Below are positions 13,001 to 24,343 of a stretch of 64,000 bases of DNA, piece by piece. Made by a program: the position numbers and the translations under genes. Source of the stretch: Mytilus californianus (lineage: Eukaryota); assembly GCF_021869535.1 (NCBI RefSeq), contig NW_026262745.1, forward strand, positions 24,428,001 to 24,492,000, in the 5' to 3' direction. The notes beneath the pieces were generated by a model. The model was not told where the DNA came from. It did no database searches and saw only the letters and a list, made by a program, of their open reading frames with translations. Each line of letters opens with the position of its first letter. Position 1 is the first letter of the stretch.

Positions 13001-14967
13001 AAATAGATAAAAAGTATTTTCAATGGAGTTTTTCACTATTCAGACGATGAATCAAGTTATTTTAGATTTGTTCAAGAGTTATTAAACCATATCTTGGAAA
13101 GACTGTAAAGAGCGTGTTTTTTGGTATTGCGAGAAAACATGTAATGTTTATGGTGACCAATTGTCAGTCTACACAGTGAACGTTTAATTGATATATTAGA
13201 CACATGCTCCAACCTGATGCTAATCCATACTGAACCTAGAAAGGTTATGAATAAATTAAGCAGATTATCAGAATTAAACATCAATAGCAAATCATCCAAA
13301 AAAAAAACAACATTAAGATATCGCTTAGACAACTACTAAAAAGTTCCTTGTTTTTAACAAGCACATGAACATGCGGCATGGTTTAAATAGATTTCTTGAC
13401 ATTTATGTAACCCAGTCCATTTCGTTCTTCCCGTAAAGATTTTACTGGACCCTACTACTCCAAAATTGGCCATCAATAGCAAATCATCCAAAGAAAAAAA
13501 CCCATTAAGATATCGCTTAGACAACTACTAAAACGTTCCTTGTTTTGTACAAGCACATGAACATGCGGCATGGTTTAAATAGATTTCTTGACATTTATGT
13601 AACCCAGTCCATTTCGTTCTTCCAGTAAAGATTTTATTGGAACCTACTACTCCATAGCATGTCTACTTATATTGATGTACATTCATTTATTTCTTTTGTT
13701 TAATATGCTTGCCCATGGGACTATAATAAAAGAATACATATACCTGCAATATTCCGTTGTTGTATTGCAACAGGAATCTACATTTTGATTCGCAAGTAAG
13801 GGTTTATTGATTCGAAGCGCAATTCGAGGAATTACTGGTTCTTGGTGCATTGAAATATAAATAACATGGACCACGAATCAATAAGTTATCCATTTGACTT
13901 TTGTAAGCCTTTATGTTCTCCTCATATATTTTATGATGGTATAATACTAAACCCCTAACGGGAGGGATTGTGCTTGATTTTCATATGATGAAGACATAAT
14001 CTTTCAATCAGTTTAATTAAGGTCTGGAGCTGGCATGTCAGTAACTGCTAGTAGTCCTTTGTTAATTCATGTATCATAGTCATTTTGCTTAGTTTCTTCT
14101 GTTACCTATTCTGACATCGGACTCGGACTTCTTTTAAACTGAGTTTTACTGTGCGTATTGCTGTGTGTGTGTTTATTCTACATTGGCTAGAGGTATAGGG
14201 GGAGGGTTGAGATCTCACAAAACATGTTTAACCCCGCCGCATGTTTGCGCCTGTCCCATTTGTTTTTTTAATTTTAGTTCATTTATATGTTTCGGAGTTT
14301 AGTGTGACGTCAATTTTCAATGAACTAGTACACATTTTTGTTTATTTGCCAGCTGAAGCCCGCCTCCGGGTGCGGGATTTTCTCGCTGTGTTGAAGACCC
14401 ATTAGTGGCCTTGGGCTGTTTTCTGCTCATTGGTCGGGTTGTTGTCTCTTTGAAACATTCCCCATTTCCATTCTCAATTTTACTTTGTAGTACTGGTCGG
14501 GAACATGACACCAGTAAAGGATTTATTACATGATAAAGGAGAAATGTAAAGTATCTTAGAAATAATACAAATTGCAGACCTTTGTAGTTTCTTATTATTG
14601 AGAAAATCATGATTAAATTGTATGGACAAAACTTCGAAATATTAGTTCAAACATGCCAAAATGGGAAGAAGTCAAGTCACTGTTTCCTGTTACGTGAGAA
14701 ATTTTTCTGTTTCAGAAATTTAAATCTGTGAAGCAAGATATCAAAGAAGATTTGCAAACCTATGTAGAAAGTTGTTTAGAAGTTTGCTGGTATAGTGCAA
14801 TAAATGAACCGCCGATGCATTATGGGTTCGATGCAGAAGAACAGGCAGACGACTTCAGGGAATATACACAAGGCGGGAAATCGGTGGACTTTGTTGTTTG
14901 GCCAGCAATGTATTTGTGTATGAATGGACCTATTTTATACAAAGGGGTTGCACAGTATAAAAACTGA
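6979..14967 (+). CDS. Coiled-coil + MIEAP (mitochondria-eating protein/SPATA18-like) domain gene, paralogue 1; spliced, 5' end unresolved
   Basis: Phase-consistent GT-AG exons 6979-7056, 8130-8390, 10088-10283, 10969-11052, 12104-12196, 14716-14967(TGA). Motifs IADLGDSRRPQKLVEMISILYDNKWTDAFE and CLEVCWYSAINEPP...VDFVVWPAMYL...GPILYKGVAQ match the MIEAP family pattern as recalled. Confidence 0.85.
7282..7830 (-). mobile_element. Diverged partial copy of the 34072-34765 MITE family
   Basis: ttaaaggagcattagctgtcgaattcatg and downstream segments are reverse-complement-similar to the 34072-34765 element. Confidence 0.6.
8130..8390 (+). CDS. MIEAP-like paralogue 1 coiled-coil exon
   Basis: tttttacag acceptor, AA|gtaaaag donor; heptad-like QTQYDAEY...LKADKDELQTK. 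Confidence 0.8.
9529..9614. mobile_element. 86-bp foldback MITE with 10-bp target-site duplication
   Basis: Arms caatctgattaa...cagatcct / aggatctg...ttaatcagattg; gaggtttcta at 9519-9528 and 9615-9624. Confidence 0.8.
10088..10283 (+). CDS. MIEAP-like paralogue 1 exon (LSKVAG...LYDNKWTDAFE...LLDIFK)
   Basis: ttctag acceptor, AAG|gt donor; family motif. Confidence 0.85.
10969..11052 (+). CDS. MIEAP-like paralogue 1 exon (ACWNFCKETCEKQSKILEQNILLASENK)
   Basis: tttttatag acceptor, AAG|gtgata donor, 84 nt, phase 0; homologous to 21821-21922. Confidence 0.8.
12104..12196 (+). CDS. MIEAP-like paralogue 1 exon (EGLYAL...EIRKRSAKEMLPNLYE)
   Basis: 93 nt, phase 0, same length as paralogue exon 23347-23439. 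Confidence 0.8.
12385..13020 (+). mobile_element. Interspersed non-autonomous repeat (aaataaagacaacagtagtataccgctgttcg family)
   Basis: Recognised abundant bivalve-type repeat pattern; boundaries approximate. Confidence 0.5.
13279..13653. repeat. Two-copy ~192-bp tandem duplication
   Basis: catcaatagcaaatcatcc at 13279 and 13471. Confidence 0.92.
13885..14485. mobile_element. Interspersed non-autonomous repeat ending in ttcccatttccattctcaatttt; related fragment at 47930-48420
   Basis: Shared segments (ctggcatgtcagtaactgctagtag; atgtttaaccc...gcctgtccc) with 48050-48300. Confidence 0.55.
14716..14967 (+). CDS. MIEAP-like paralogue 1 terminal exon (MIEAP C-terminal domain)
   Basis: tttcag acceptor, TGA at 14965-14967, downstream aataaa near 15093. 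Confidence 0.88.
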   Translation, partial: KFKSVKQDIKEDLQTYVESCLEVCWYSAINEPPMHYGFDAEEQADDFREYTQGGKSVDFVVWPAMYLCMNGPILYKGVAQYKN

Positions 14968-16387
14968 AATTGGATGTGAACAATAATTATATTACTATCA
15001 AAAATACAAATTTATTATTAGGTATATTTAAGTTTTAAAAAAAAACAGTAAAAGTGTGTATGCGCATTTTGTTCTTTAGCATTTAATATTAGAAATAAAG
15101 AATGACTAATATCAAATTTAGTATTAACTCGGCATGTAGCCATCTGCGTTATGTATATTAAGAATGTACGTGCAATACAACATCATTTGATGTAAAGTAT
15201 ACGTATAAATAATCATTTTGTGCAATGACATATAACGTATAGATCTAGAAATGGAATGTTCAACACAAGTTAAGGTAAAGGATCGTCGAATAAATTTCTT
15301 AAATTGCAATTATATTGAAGTACTTCGTGTAAAAATGAACACCGTAGGTTTCAAGGAAGAGGGTTAAATTCAAGAAAACGGGGTTAACTGCAACGTATTC
15401 GTGTGCCTGTCCAAAGTTATTAAACCTTGCTAGTGTTATTTAGTCACATAGATAATTTATTTTTTTGGAAATTTCGTGCTATGGTAGAACTTTGAAATTG
15501 ATTAACTACTTGTCCCAACTCTGGTTGGTTTACTTTACATCTTTTATTCACTTAAAAACCTCGAACGGAAACATCCATTTCACGTTCTAATATTTTGGTA
15601 ATGAAAACTTGTTATAGATTTATTGACCGATTCCTGGCAATTCGTGGGAAAATGCAAATTTCTTGAATTGATATTTTTATTTTAATGAACAAAATATCCT
15701 GTTCAGAAATGATATCATTAACATCAGGGTTTGTTTATGACATATCATCTTAAGTATACGATGGGTTGCCGTTAATTAGGAATGTTCAATTGCAATAATG
15801 ATTGTAAAACCTTTCGAATTACTTAACACAATTTTGAAAAATATCACCCTTAGAAAAAGCACATTCCTTTCTTCGTTTAAAGCATGAAGATATGACCAAA
15901 TCACGTTAATATTTTTGAAATTTGCTTTTTTTTTGTTTGAAATTTAAAAAGACTACAAGGATATTTAAAATGAAATTTAATTATTTTTTGCATTAGTGGT
16001 TTGTTATACTGTATTTTGTGCAATTAAAACTATGATGCAAGTAAATATGGAGTTATTCAATTAACTAGACTTCTGTTTAATGAAAAGTTACAAAAATGTA
16101 CTCATCGTACATGCAAAGAAAGAAGGGATGAAGATAACAGGCGACAGAGTGCCTTAAAAATGAGTAGAAAAGAATGAAGAACACTATTTACACATGATGA
16201 AAAACAAACAAACAACAGCCCATAACAAAATATACAGAAACTCCAGATGGAACAACACGAAATAATAAAAAATAGGGGTGAACTCGTACTTCTAATCTCT
16301 CGTTTTGGCAGAATAGAACTGATAAAGATTACATTATACTCCTGTTTGTAAATCATTGCGTCTGATATCATTAGGATTTATAATCAT

Positions 16388-17045
16388 TTGTTGTCTAGCC
16401 TGTGACGAAAGTTGCGGAAAGCGAGACATAGGGATTGTTACGTTTTCTGCTTAATTTAGTTTGATAGGAACTACTTGTGATAGATCATTGATATTTAATA
16501 TAAAGTTACATTACTATCAGTACATATCAGTTTGACGACTATTTCGAGGCCCTGCCCCCTAAGTCATGGTCCAGTGATTTTGAATTAATAAGCAATTTTC
16601 AATGTCAAGTTTTCTGCTTACGTTAGTTTGATAAGATCTACTTGTGATAGATCATTGATATTTTGTATGGAGTTGCTTTACTATCAGTACATATCAGTTT
16701 GACGGCTATTTTGAGGACCTGCCCCCATGCCATGGTCCAGTGACTTTGAATTAATTAGCAATTTTCAATGTTAAGTTTTCTGCTTAAATTAGATTGATAG
16801 GAACTACTTATAATAGACAATGATATTTTCTATAAAAGTTATATTACTGTCTTTACATCTCAGATTGTCGACGATTTTCAGGCCCTGCCCACTAGATCAT
16901 GGTCCAGCTACTGAATTGATAACCAATGTTACTGTCCATCAGTTTGTCTTTTTCTGAATATTATGCCAACAGGCGAGACATATCTCTGTGTCAACAGGCG
17001 AGACATATCTCTGTGTCAACAGGCGAGACATATATCTGTGTCAAC
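16388..17045. mobile_element. Helentron-like non-autonomous element with 3 x ~167-bp internal repeats and a triplicated 25-bp terminal unit
   Basis: ttttctgctta units at about 16444, 16611 and 16777; gcgagacata at 16421; (caacaggcgagacatatctctgtgt)x3 at 16967-17041. Confidence 0.65.
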
Positions 17046-19444
17046 ATTTTTATTTAACATGTCAACAACCGTTTGTAAAATTTATGACAAGATGAACAGT
17101 TTGATTTGATGAAACAAATTGAATATGGTCAGATCTTTGATAAACTACAATAGGTGTCAAGAAGCTAATAATCAAATCAGGGAATATTCTGCAATAGAAT
17201 GAAACGACTTTATCGTTAGATAATATAAGATCAAACAAATTGGTGTACTACAATACAAGAAGATGATACAAGTATGTCATGTGCTGACAGCAGCTCTATA
17301 TATGGCGGTTTTTGATAGATGTCATTGTGTTAAAGCTAAATAAACTATTATAAAAATGCTGAGCCGATTTTATGCCATCATTTCAAAATCTTTTGTTCAG
17401 ATATCTTTACATTGATCAAAGACATTACATTTTACTAAAAAATAAGTGTTTGGAGCTGTTAAGTAAGTGTGCGTGGTACCAGTCAAAACAGTGAAAAAGT
17501 TTAAAATAAGTCTTTCGGTTTAAAAGAAATGACCTTCGTAGTGAAAAGTAACGTGCTCCAACAATATATATCAACATTCATGACATAGACTATATGTTGA
17601 AAGGAATTTGGAATAAAACAAGAAAGCTCAGTCCTTTTTAGGTAACGAAATACTTTAAGAATACAAAATTGCCAGTGTCATTGATATAGCATATTATCAT
17701 GGTCGTATTTTCCGAAAAACCTTCCTAGAAATAGGCTTTTTTATGGTATTCATTAGTTGTAGTACATTAATTATAATGCTTCTTTGAAAATGAAGGTAGT
17801 CATTGATAATTTAGTGATAAAACAATTGTATCTGTCTTTTTTTTTAATTTGAATTCAAGGGTATAAAAGAAGATATTATTCATTTATTAGACACATTTAA
17901 AATTTCACGGCATCAAAAGAAAAAGTAATCTATTGTGACACTTGTGTAACGTCTGCTCATGAAGATCAAGGTTAATCCGTAACTTTTCTGGCTTTCTAAG
18001 ATTTAGACAATAAAAGTAGCATGCCCATACAACTAACTTTAATCGCTCATCTCCTAAAATGAATGCTATAGAAAAGCCGGTCACAATGAATCCGCATTAA
18101 ACTTATTATTAGTACTTGTTTTAATAATTGTGTGAAAATACGATATTGTTTCACTTTTAACCGATCACTGGTTGGATGCAATTCATTAATTTTCAAAGGT
18201 TATTTAAACGGTTTGTTGTCTAAAGAATTTTTACAACTCTTACAGAAGTTATAATCTAAATGTATCGAATATCAAAACTGCATTTATTTAGTATTTCATT
18301 CCAAATTTAAAACCTTTTTTTTTTCTTTCATCAAGGTAAGATATGGAAAGTTACAATTGAGAATGGAAATGGGGAATATGTTTGTAAGTAGTAAATATAT
18401 TTAAGAGGACAGTTGATATATATATAACTAGCTAAAGGGCTTCAAACATATTTTTAAAATGGAAAATATAGGTTGAAAGTTTATTTTTTGTGTTAAAGAA
18501 AGTAAAGCAAACTCTGATAAAAAAGGTTCTGTACTTTTTAAGATTTTATTGAGGTTAAATCTATACGATAATATCATTTTAGGGACTATGAGGTATGAAT
18601 AAAGTGCAGATGAAAGCTGGCATGTAAGTATCTTTTCCGATACTTTTGTACTTTTTTTATAAGAATCCATTCTACATTTACGATTCACATCATCATAATT
18701 TTTATACATTAAATCATACTCTAGGTATGTTTGCAAAGTTTACAAACATTAGAATTTATTACCGAATATATGCAATCTGATTTACATTTGTTTACTCGTC
18801 AGACTCGATTATAAGCAAAGCGATTTCACAGATCGTATTTTAATTAGATAGCGAATATGACCTGCATAAGGTTATACTATTGTGTGGGTGTATGATGATG
18901 TACTATCGTATAATCATTTCACGTCTTTTTACCATTATAGGAGTAACGCTAAAGGTATACAAAATGTGCAATCACAGAAATCAGCTGCCAGTAATAAAAC
19001 CGTATGTATCTTGCATAAACAACAATTATATATTGTGTATCTTCTCTAGGAATTTATTTATTAAGTGGTAGTTGTCATTTAGTTTAAGCACTGCCTTCGT
19101 GAATTAAATAAAAAGTTCGAAATAAAATACATTTTGAAATCAAGATTTAATTCGGCTATACAAAGTGCACATCAAATATGATAATAAAGAATGTAAAATA
19201 CTGATTGTTATAGTTTCTAATATTGTACTCTTTTGATCCAGAGGGGGTTGAAACCTCATCTTTTTCTGAGGATAATGCTATTAAAATCACATACTAGAAA
19301 ACGACGAAGATTAGGCTAGAGCTAAGATTTTTTAATGGATAAAGCCCCCTTTGAAATTTCTGGATGAAATTTAGCAGGAAAATCACGAGTCGTACTTTCA
19401 TTGAATTTATTTTGATTCCCATTTATTCTCAATCGTTTTGATAG

Positions 19445-19506
19445 GGACAACAGACTGACAGATCAGGGAAGACAGCTGCTGTTAATCCTAGAAAGAAGCC
19501 ACCTGG
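19445..19506 (+). CDS. MIEAP-like paralogue 2 exon (GQQTDRSGKTAAVNPRKKPP)
   Basis: tgatag acceptor, GG|gtaagc donor; phase fits the next exon. Confidence 0.6.
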
Positions 19507-22500
19507 GTAAGCAACACGCAATAGCTAATTACAATATTAACATTAAAAGTACCACGACAAAATTAATTTGCTCTCTCTGCATTGACATTCAGTTACTTTA
19601 ATTATTATCAAGAGACAATTACACTTAGACGCTTTCTAAATCTTGCAACATTGTTTGTACCTGTTCTATGTTTTTATCATTGGATTTTTTCGCTTATCAT
19701 CGTTCGATCCGTTTTGTGACCTGTGAACCTAGCAGTCACTAGACGGTTGTTTTGAGCGACATTTATACAGTGCAATATATTGGTTGCTGAAGTTTATTGG
19801 AATATTGGTTAAATAACGTCCAGCTGCAAATACTTCATACATATTTTATGTTACTATCTACACTTGAACGGATAAAAGTATGGGTATTGACAGAAACAAT
19901 GGCCTGCGGAGAGAAGATGTGAGATAGTTCTATCATTGCTTCTCGAGGACGGGTTATACAAGTTAGACCGTTAACGTGTAGAATCGTTCTTGTGGTTCTT
20001 TAAACGTGAAATGTAAATCTTCATCTCATAACACGTATCTTACCAAACATAATTGAATGAATATGAAATGGATGCTTAAAAAATGATCTCAAATTATTAA
20101 GCCAAAATTTCTACGTACACATATTTTCCAGTTTTGAAATAAGAATATTTTTTATAGAGGTAATGACCCAAGGAAGAAAAAGGAGTCTCCTGAGATGACA
20201 GAGCTTAAGATACAGATAGCAAATATGAAATCGTAAGTTGGTCCTTTCACGTTGAGAAGTCCAAGACTGTTTACAAGAAGAGACGAAATTTGAACAAAGA
20301 ATGTGACAAGAATCTATAAAATGATTAATTTGGAGTATTGTGAAGGAATCTTGTCTCTGTCCCAGAGGAATACTATACAAACGCACAAATACATTGATGA
20401 TAGAAAAACAAAGGATATGGGGTATCCCTCCATGACACAAAAACAGTACATGTAAAGCGAAAAACACACAAAAGCAAAGGAACAGTGCTATTATTGTTGT
20501 ACTGATACATGTTTTAATGAGATTGTTTTCACATTGCTTGATATGATATTGATCGTTAACCCCGAGCTTGAACCTAACTAAAAAAAAAACATTCTAGTTA
20601 TATATATAATGTATATGAGAATCAGAAACTTTTATTTTATCTATATTTAAAATTGTATTGTTATTATTCAAAATTTTCATTGTTCAGACAAGTTCTTGAC
20701 TCAGAAAATTTAATACGTCAACAACAGGATGAGTTGGAAAACTATAAAACAGAAAACATAGATTTATCCAAACAAATGACACAGTTTGTTATGGAAAAGG
20801 CCGGAAAATCTAGAGATTCAGTTATTGTGGACCTTAACCAGCAAGTAGAAAAACTACAGAAACAAATCGAGGGTATTGAGAAAGAGAAGACCGAAATCCT
20901 GGCAGATAAAGAACTCTATATGACAACGCAAGTACAAACATTTATTCTTCATGAAACTAAGGGAAATGGTCAATAACATCTTAAATGTTTTAAAGTCTAC
21001 GTTTTGGCTGTTTGAATGTGTTTTTGCCCCAACTGCATATTTGTTAAAACAACAAAATAATAATGGGCCCAACACTACCAAATATTTTTTTTTAAATCCT
21101 CTGCACAAACAAGTTCACCATGAAGTTTAAAATCTTATTTTATATCAGTAAGTTACATTAGGAGATACTTGAGAAAGAAAAATAATCTTTAAGTGCACAA
21201 ATTAATTTTATAGTAAGGATAAAGAGACCCAATTTATGATATATGAAAGTCATTTTATAAGGTAAATCCAGTTTCTGTATGTGCCAAAATCATTCTGATT
21301 AATTTTTAGATTATTTTTCCTTTTTATATGACAAAATGCACATATGGTAACCCTATCAGTATTTATCTTTTTGTTGCAGATTGTCAAAATATATAACAGA
21401 GAAAACACCAGAAGAAATGCCAGATATACCTAATATGGAGGAGCATATGAGACCAACAAAGATAGCAGACATGTTTAATCAAGTCTACCAGAATGTTTGG
21501 CCTAGAGCTTATGAAATAGCAAATGAGAAACTTAACGATGAAAAACTTTCCTGTGTTTATTTGCTTACAATATTTAAGGTATAATTTTTTGTTTAGTAAT
21601 TGTAAAATTTTATATTGCCAAATGGCAGACATAATTACAGAAAAATATATAATTCAACCATCCTGCCTTGCAGCATTAAATGTTGTGGTTAATGACATGC
21701 TCATTTTGGATTTTTTTTTGTTTTTTTGATATATATATGTATACACTTAAACACTTAGCTTCAATTACTTAGATATGATGAAACCATAATATTGGTAAAT
21801 AATTTTCTCATTCATTCAAGGATTCTTGGGAGTTTTGCTGTGCCTTATCAAGACACCAGTTACATATCCTAGAGATGACATATTTAGTACCTTATGGCCC
21901 AAACATAAGTGTGGAGGCTACGGTAAATTTGTATTTCCCGTCTTTTATAATAGTGTAATAAGATAAAACAAGGAGTATATAAATAGAGAATATCATATGG
22001 CTTTTCAATATCACATCCAAATCAACCCAAGACACCAATATAATCTGAAGAGTTCTGCTCTAGGGTTAATATTGGTAAAGGGTTAATACTTATAAATTAT
22101 AACATGTCCTTTTCCATATCGGCCCTAGTATCATCCCTAGACTCCCATATTAGCTCAAGGTGCTAGCCAAGGGCTCATATGGGTCATGGGATGATACCAG
22201 GGCCCGTATGGAAAAGGACATGTTAAAATCTATTTATCACATATTATACAAGTGCTTTAGAAAAAAGAAGAAAGAATTTTATTATTTCGTCTGGCAAGAT
22301 CATACATTATTTTATCCTTCACTGAATTAACTTCATTATTGCAAAGCTCTCCAACCGATCAAAACTATAGTTCTTGAATATTATAATACCAATGTCAGAT
22401 TCTCTTTTAGTATAAGTGTTCTTTATTTTTTTTAACAAATTCCGCTATCATTTTAATTGCTGTTCCCCGTCCATCATTGTTTTTAGGAACGCTTATGATG

Positions 22501-24343
22501 TCATAACAGGGCTCAATAATCGGTTATTTGCCCTGGGCAGGAATATGACTAGGGCAAACCTAAGGTTATTGCATATGCCAAACCCCATGTTTTCGTAACA
22601 AATATGTGGTAAGTGTGTTATATTGAAAAAGTCACATCATATACACTTTATATTATTCCTCACGTAGATGTTTTAACTCCTGGGCAGGAATATGACTAGG
22701 GCATACCTAAGGTTATTGCATATGCCAAACCCAATGTTTTCGTAACAAATATGTGGTAAGTGTGTTATATTGAAAAAGTCACATCATATACACTTTATAT
22801 TATACCTCACGTAGATGTTTTAACTCGGCATGACGTAATACAAAGAAGGGGTTTGAAAAAAGCCTTTGCAACTGAACTGATATAAATGATGTGACGTCAT
22901 ACTGATTAGGGATTTGATTAAGCTTTTGGAATCGTGACTGATATCGATATCATCTCTGATGACTGATACAAGCTCAACTGCCATTGATTGTCTTACATAT
23001 AAAATTTACTTGTATTTACTAATTAGTATATAATAATAACTATTACCACTACTTCAAGCAACTTAAAAAGGAAATATGTGACATGTAAGATCTTGTGATC
23101 TATAACCAAGTACACGAGAGAATGGTGGAGCTTTTAGAATAAATTTTCATGTGTTTCGATGAATAATAAAACATGTATTTCCCATAGCATACATAAAGAT
23201 GTGTATAATGTTGCCACATGGTTAAATTGTGAAGGAATAAAAAAAAACTTTTTTTTTTGGTTAAAATAACTTTTTGTGTTGATTGGCTGCTTTCTCATTG
23301 AAGTTAACTCCTCAACTCCTTTTTTACTCATATATTTATTTTTCAGTTCAACATTCCTCAACTGTCGGTGAAGAACTTAAAAGTAGTAAAAGAAACAAGA
23401 AAACATATAGCTAAACAGACAATAGCAAATCTGTATGGTGTAAGTGGATTCATTGAATATACATTTGGATGAAAGAAATAACAATGACACAAACCCATCA
23501 ATGTACATAACTTATACTAAATAGGCTTCAAATTTTTCAAAAGGAATACCTCAGACAGCATAAAATAAATACTATTTACGAAGCACTGTTTCAAGTATAA
23601 TCTGACCATTCAAAGTAAAAAAAAGACAACAGTCCTCAGTCTACACCATTTACAGCAACATTCATGATGCACCAACTTAGAGCAGTAAAAAGACATCTGT
23701 AATTCTTATTTTGGCTACATTGCAAGTTACCGTACATTGTCAACAATTCATCATTCGCATAAACATTCTAGATTGCAACCAATATATTTAAAAATTAAAG
23801 AAAATTAAAAACAACAGAAATTCTATTAGTTTTATTATGGCCCATATAAAATTTCTCTTGTATATTAGTTGGTGTTGGCAAAGGAATTTAAAATATTGGA
23901 AGATTTATGGTCAATTCCTCTTAGATAAACATTTATTAAATGGATTTGGTTTCTTTCAAAGTGATTAATTGGTAAAGGTGTCAAACAAATTGCTAAAAAA
24001 GGAACAGTAATTGAAGAAGTTTTACTAATTTCCATTTCAGTTATTCATGTCACCAGAATCAGGTACAGGGACCAAGGACATACCCTCGGAGTTGGAACCG
24101 TTTGTGAGGTCCTGTTTGGAAGTCTGTTGGTACAGTGCTATCCAGGACCCACCATTAGGTTTTGTATTTGATACTGGTGTCAGCTGGGAGCTAGATACAA
24201 ACTATTTTGAAATGTTTACAAAAACTGGTATCTATGTTGACTTTATTGTATGGCCTGCTATGCTCTTACACAACCATGGAGCTGTGTTACAGAAAGGGGT
24301 AGTCCAGGCTTTAGATGAAAAGTCTCATAGACCTCAACAATAA
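19445..24343 (+). CDS. Coiled-coil + MIEAP-like domain gene, paralogue 2; spliced, 5' end unresolved
   Basis: Exons 19445-19506, 20158-20232, 20688-20927 (needs a GC donor), 21380-21578, 21821-21922, 23347-23439, 24041-24343(TAA). Same exon phases as paralogue 1. Motifs RPTKIADMFNQVYQNVW and CLEVCWYSAIQDPPL...VDFIVWPAMLL...GAVLQKGVVQ. Confidence 0.82.
20158..20232 (+). CDS. MIEAP-like paralogue 2 exon (GNDPRKKKESPEMTELKIQIANMK)
   Basis: tttatag acceptor, TC|gtaagt donor. Confidence 0.72.
20688..20927 (+). CDS. MIEAP-like paralogue 2 coiled-coil exon
   Basis: gttcag acceptor; the end is inferred at AC|gcaagt from phase and alignment with paralogue 1. Confidence 0.72.
21380..21578 (+). CDS. 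MIEAP-like paralogue 2 exon (LSKYITE...RPTKIADMF...LLTIFK)
   Basis: ttgcag acceptor, AAG|gtataa donor; homologous to 10088-10283. Confidence 0.85.
21821..21922 (+). CDS. MIEAP-like paralogue 2 exon (DSWEFCCALSRHQLHILEMTYLVPYGPNISVEAT)
   Basis: ttcaag acceptor, gtaaat donor, phase 0. Confidence 0.78.
22100..22225. mobile_element. Foldback/palindromic MITE-like element
   Basis: Arms taacatgtccttttccata...gtatcatccc / gggatgatac...tatggaaaaggacatgtta. Confidence 0.75.
22532..22826. repeat. Two-copy 147-bp tandem duplication
   Basis: cctgggcaggaatatgactagggc at 22532 and 22679. Confidence 0.93.
23347..23439 (+). CDS. MIEAP-like paralogue 2 exon (FNIPQL...KETRKHIAKQTIANLYG)
   Basis: tttcag acceptor, gtaagt donor, 93 nt. 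Confidence 0.8.
24041..24343 (+). CDS. MIEAP-like paralogue 2 terminal exon
   Basis: catttcag acceptor; TAA at 24341-24343; aataaa near 24426. Confidence 0.88.
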   Translation, partial: LFMSPESGTGTKDIPSELEPFVRSCLEVCWYSAIQDPPLGFVFDTGVSWELDTNYFEMFTKTGIYVDFIVWPAMLLHNHGAVLQKGVVQALDEKSHRPQQ

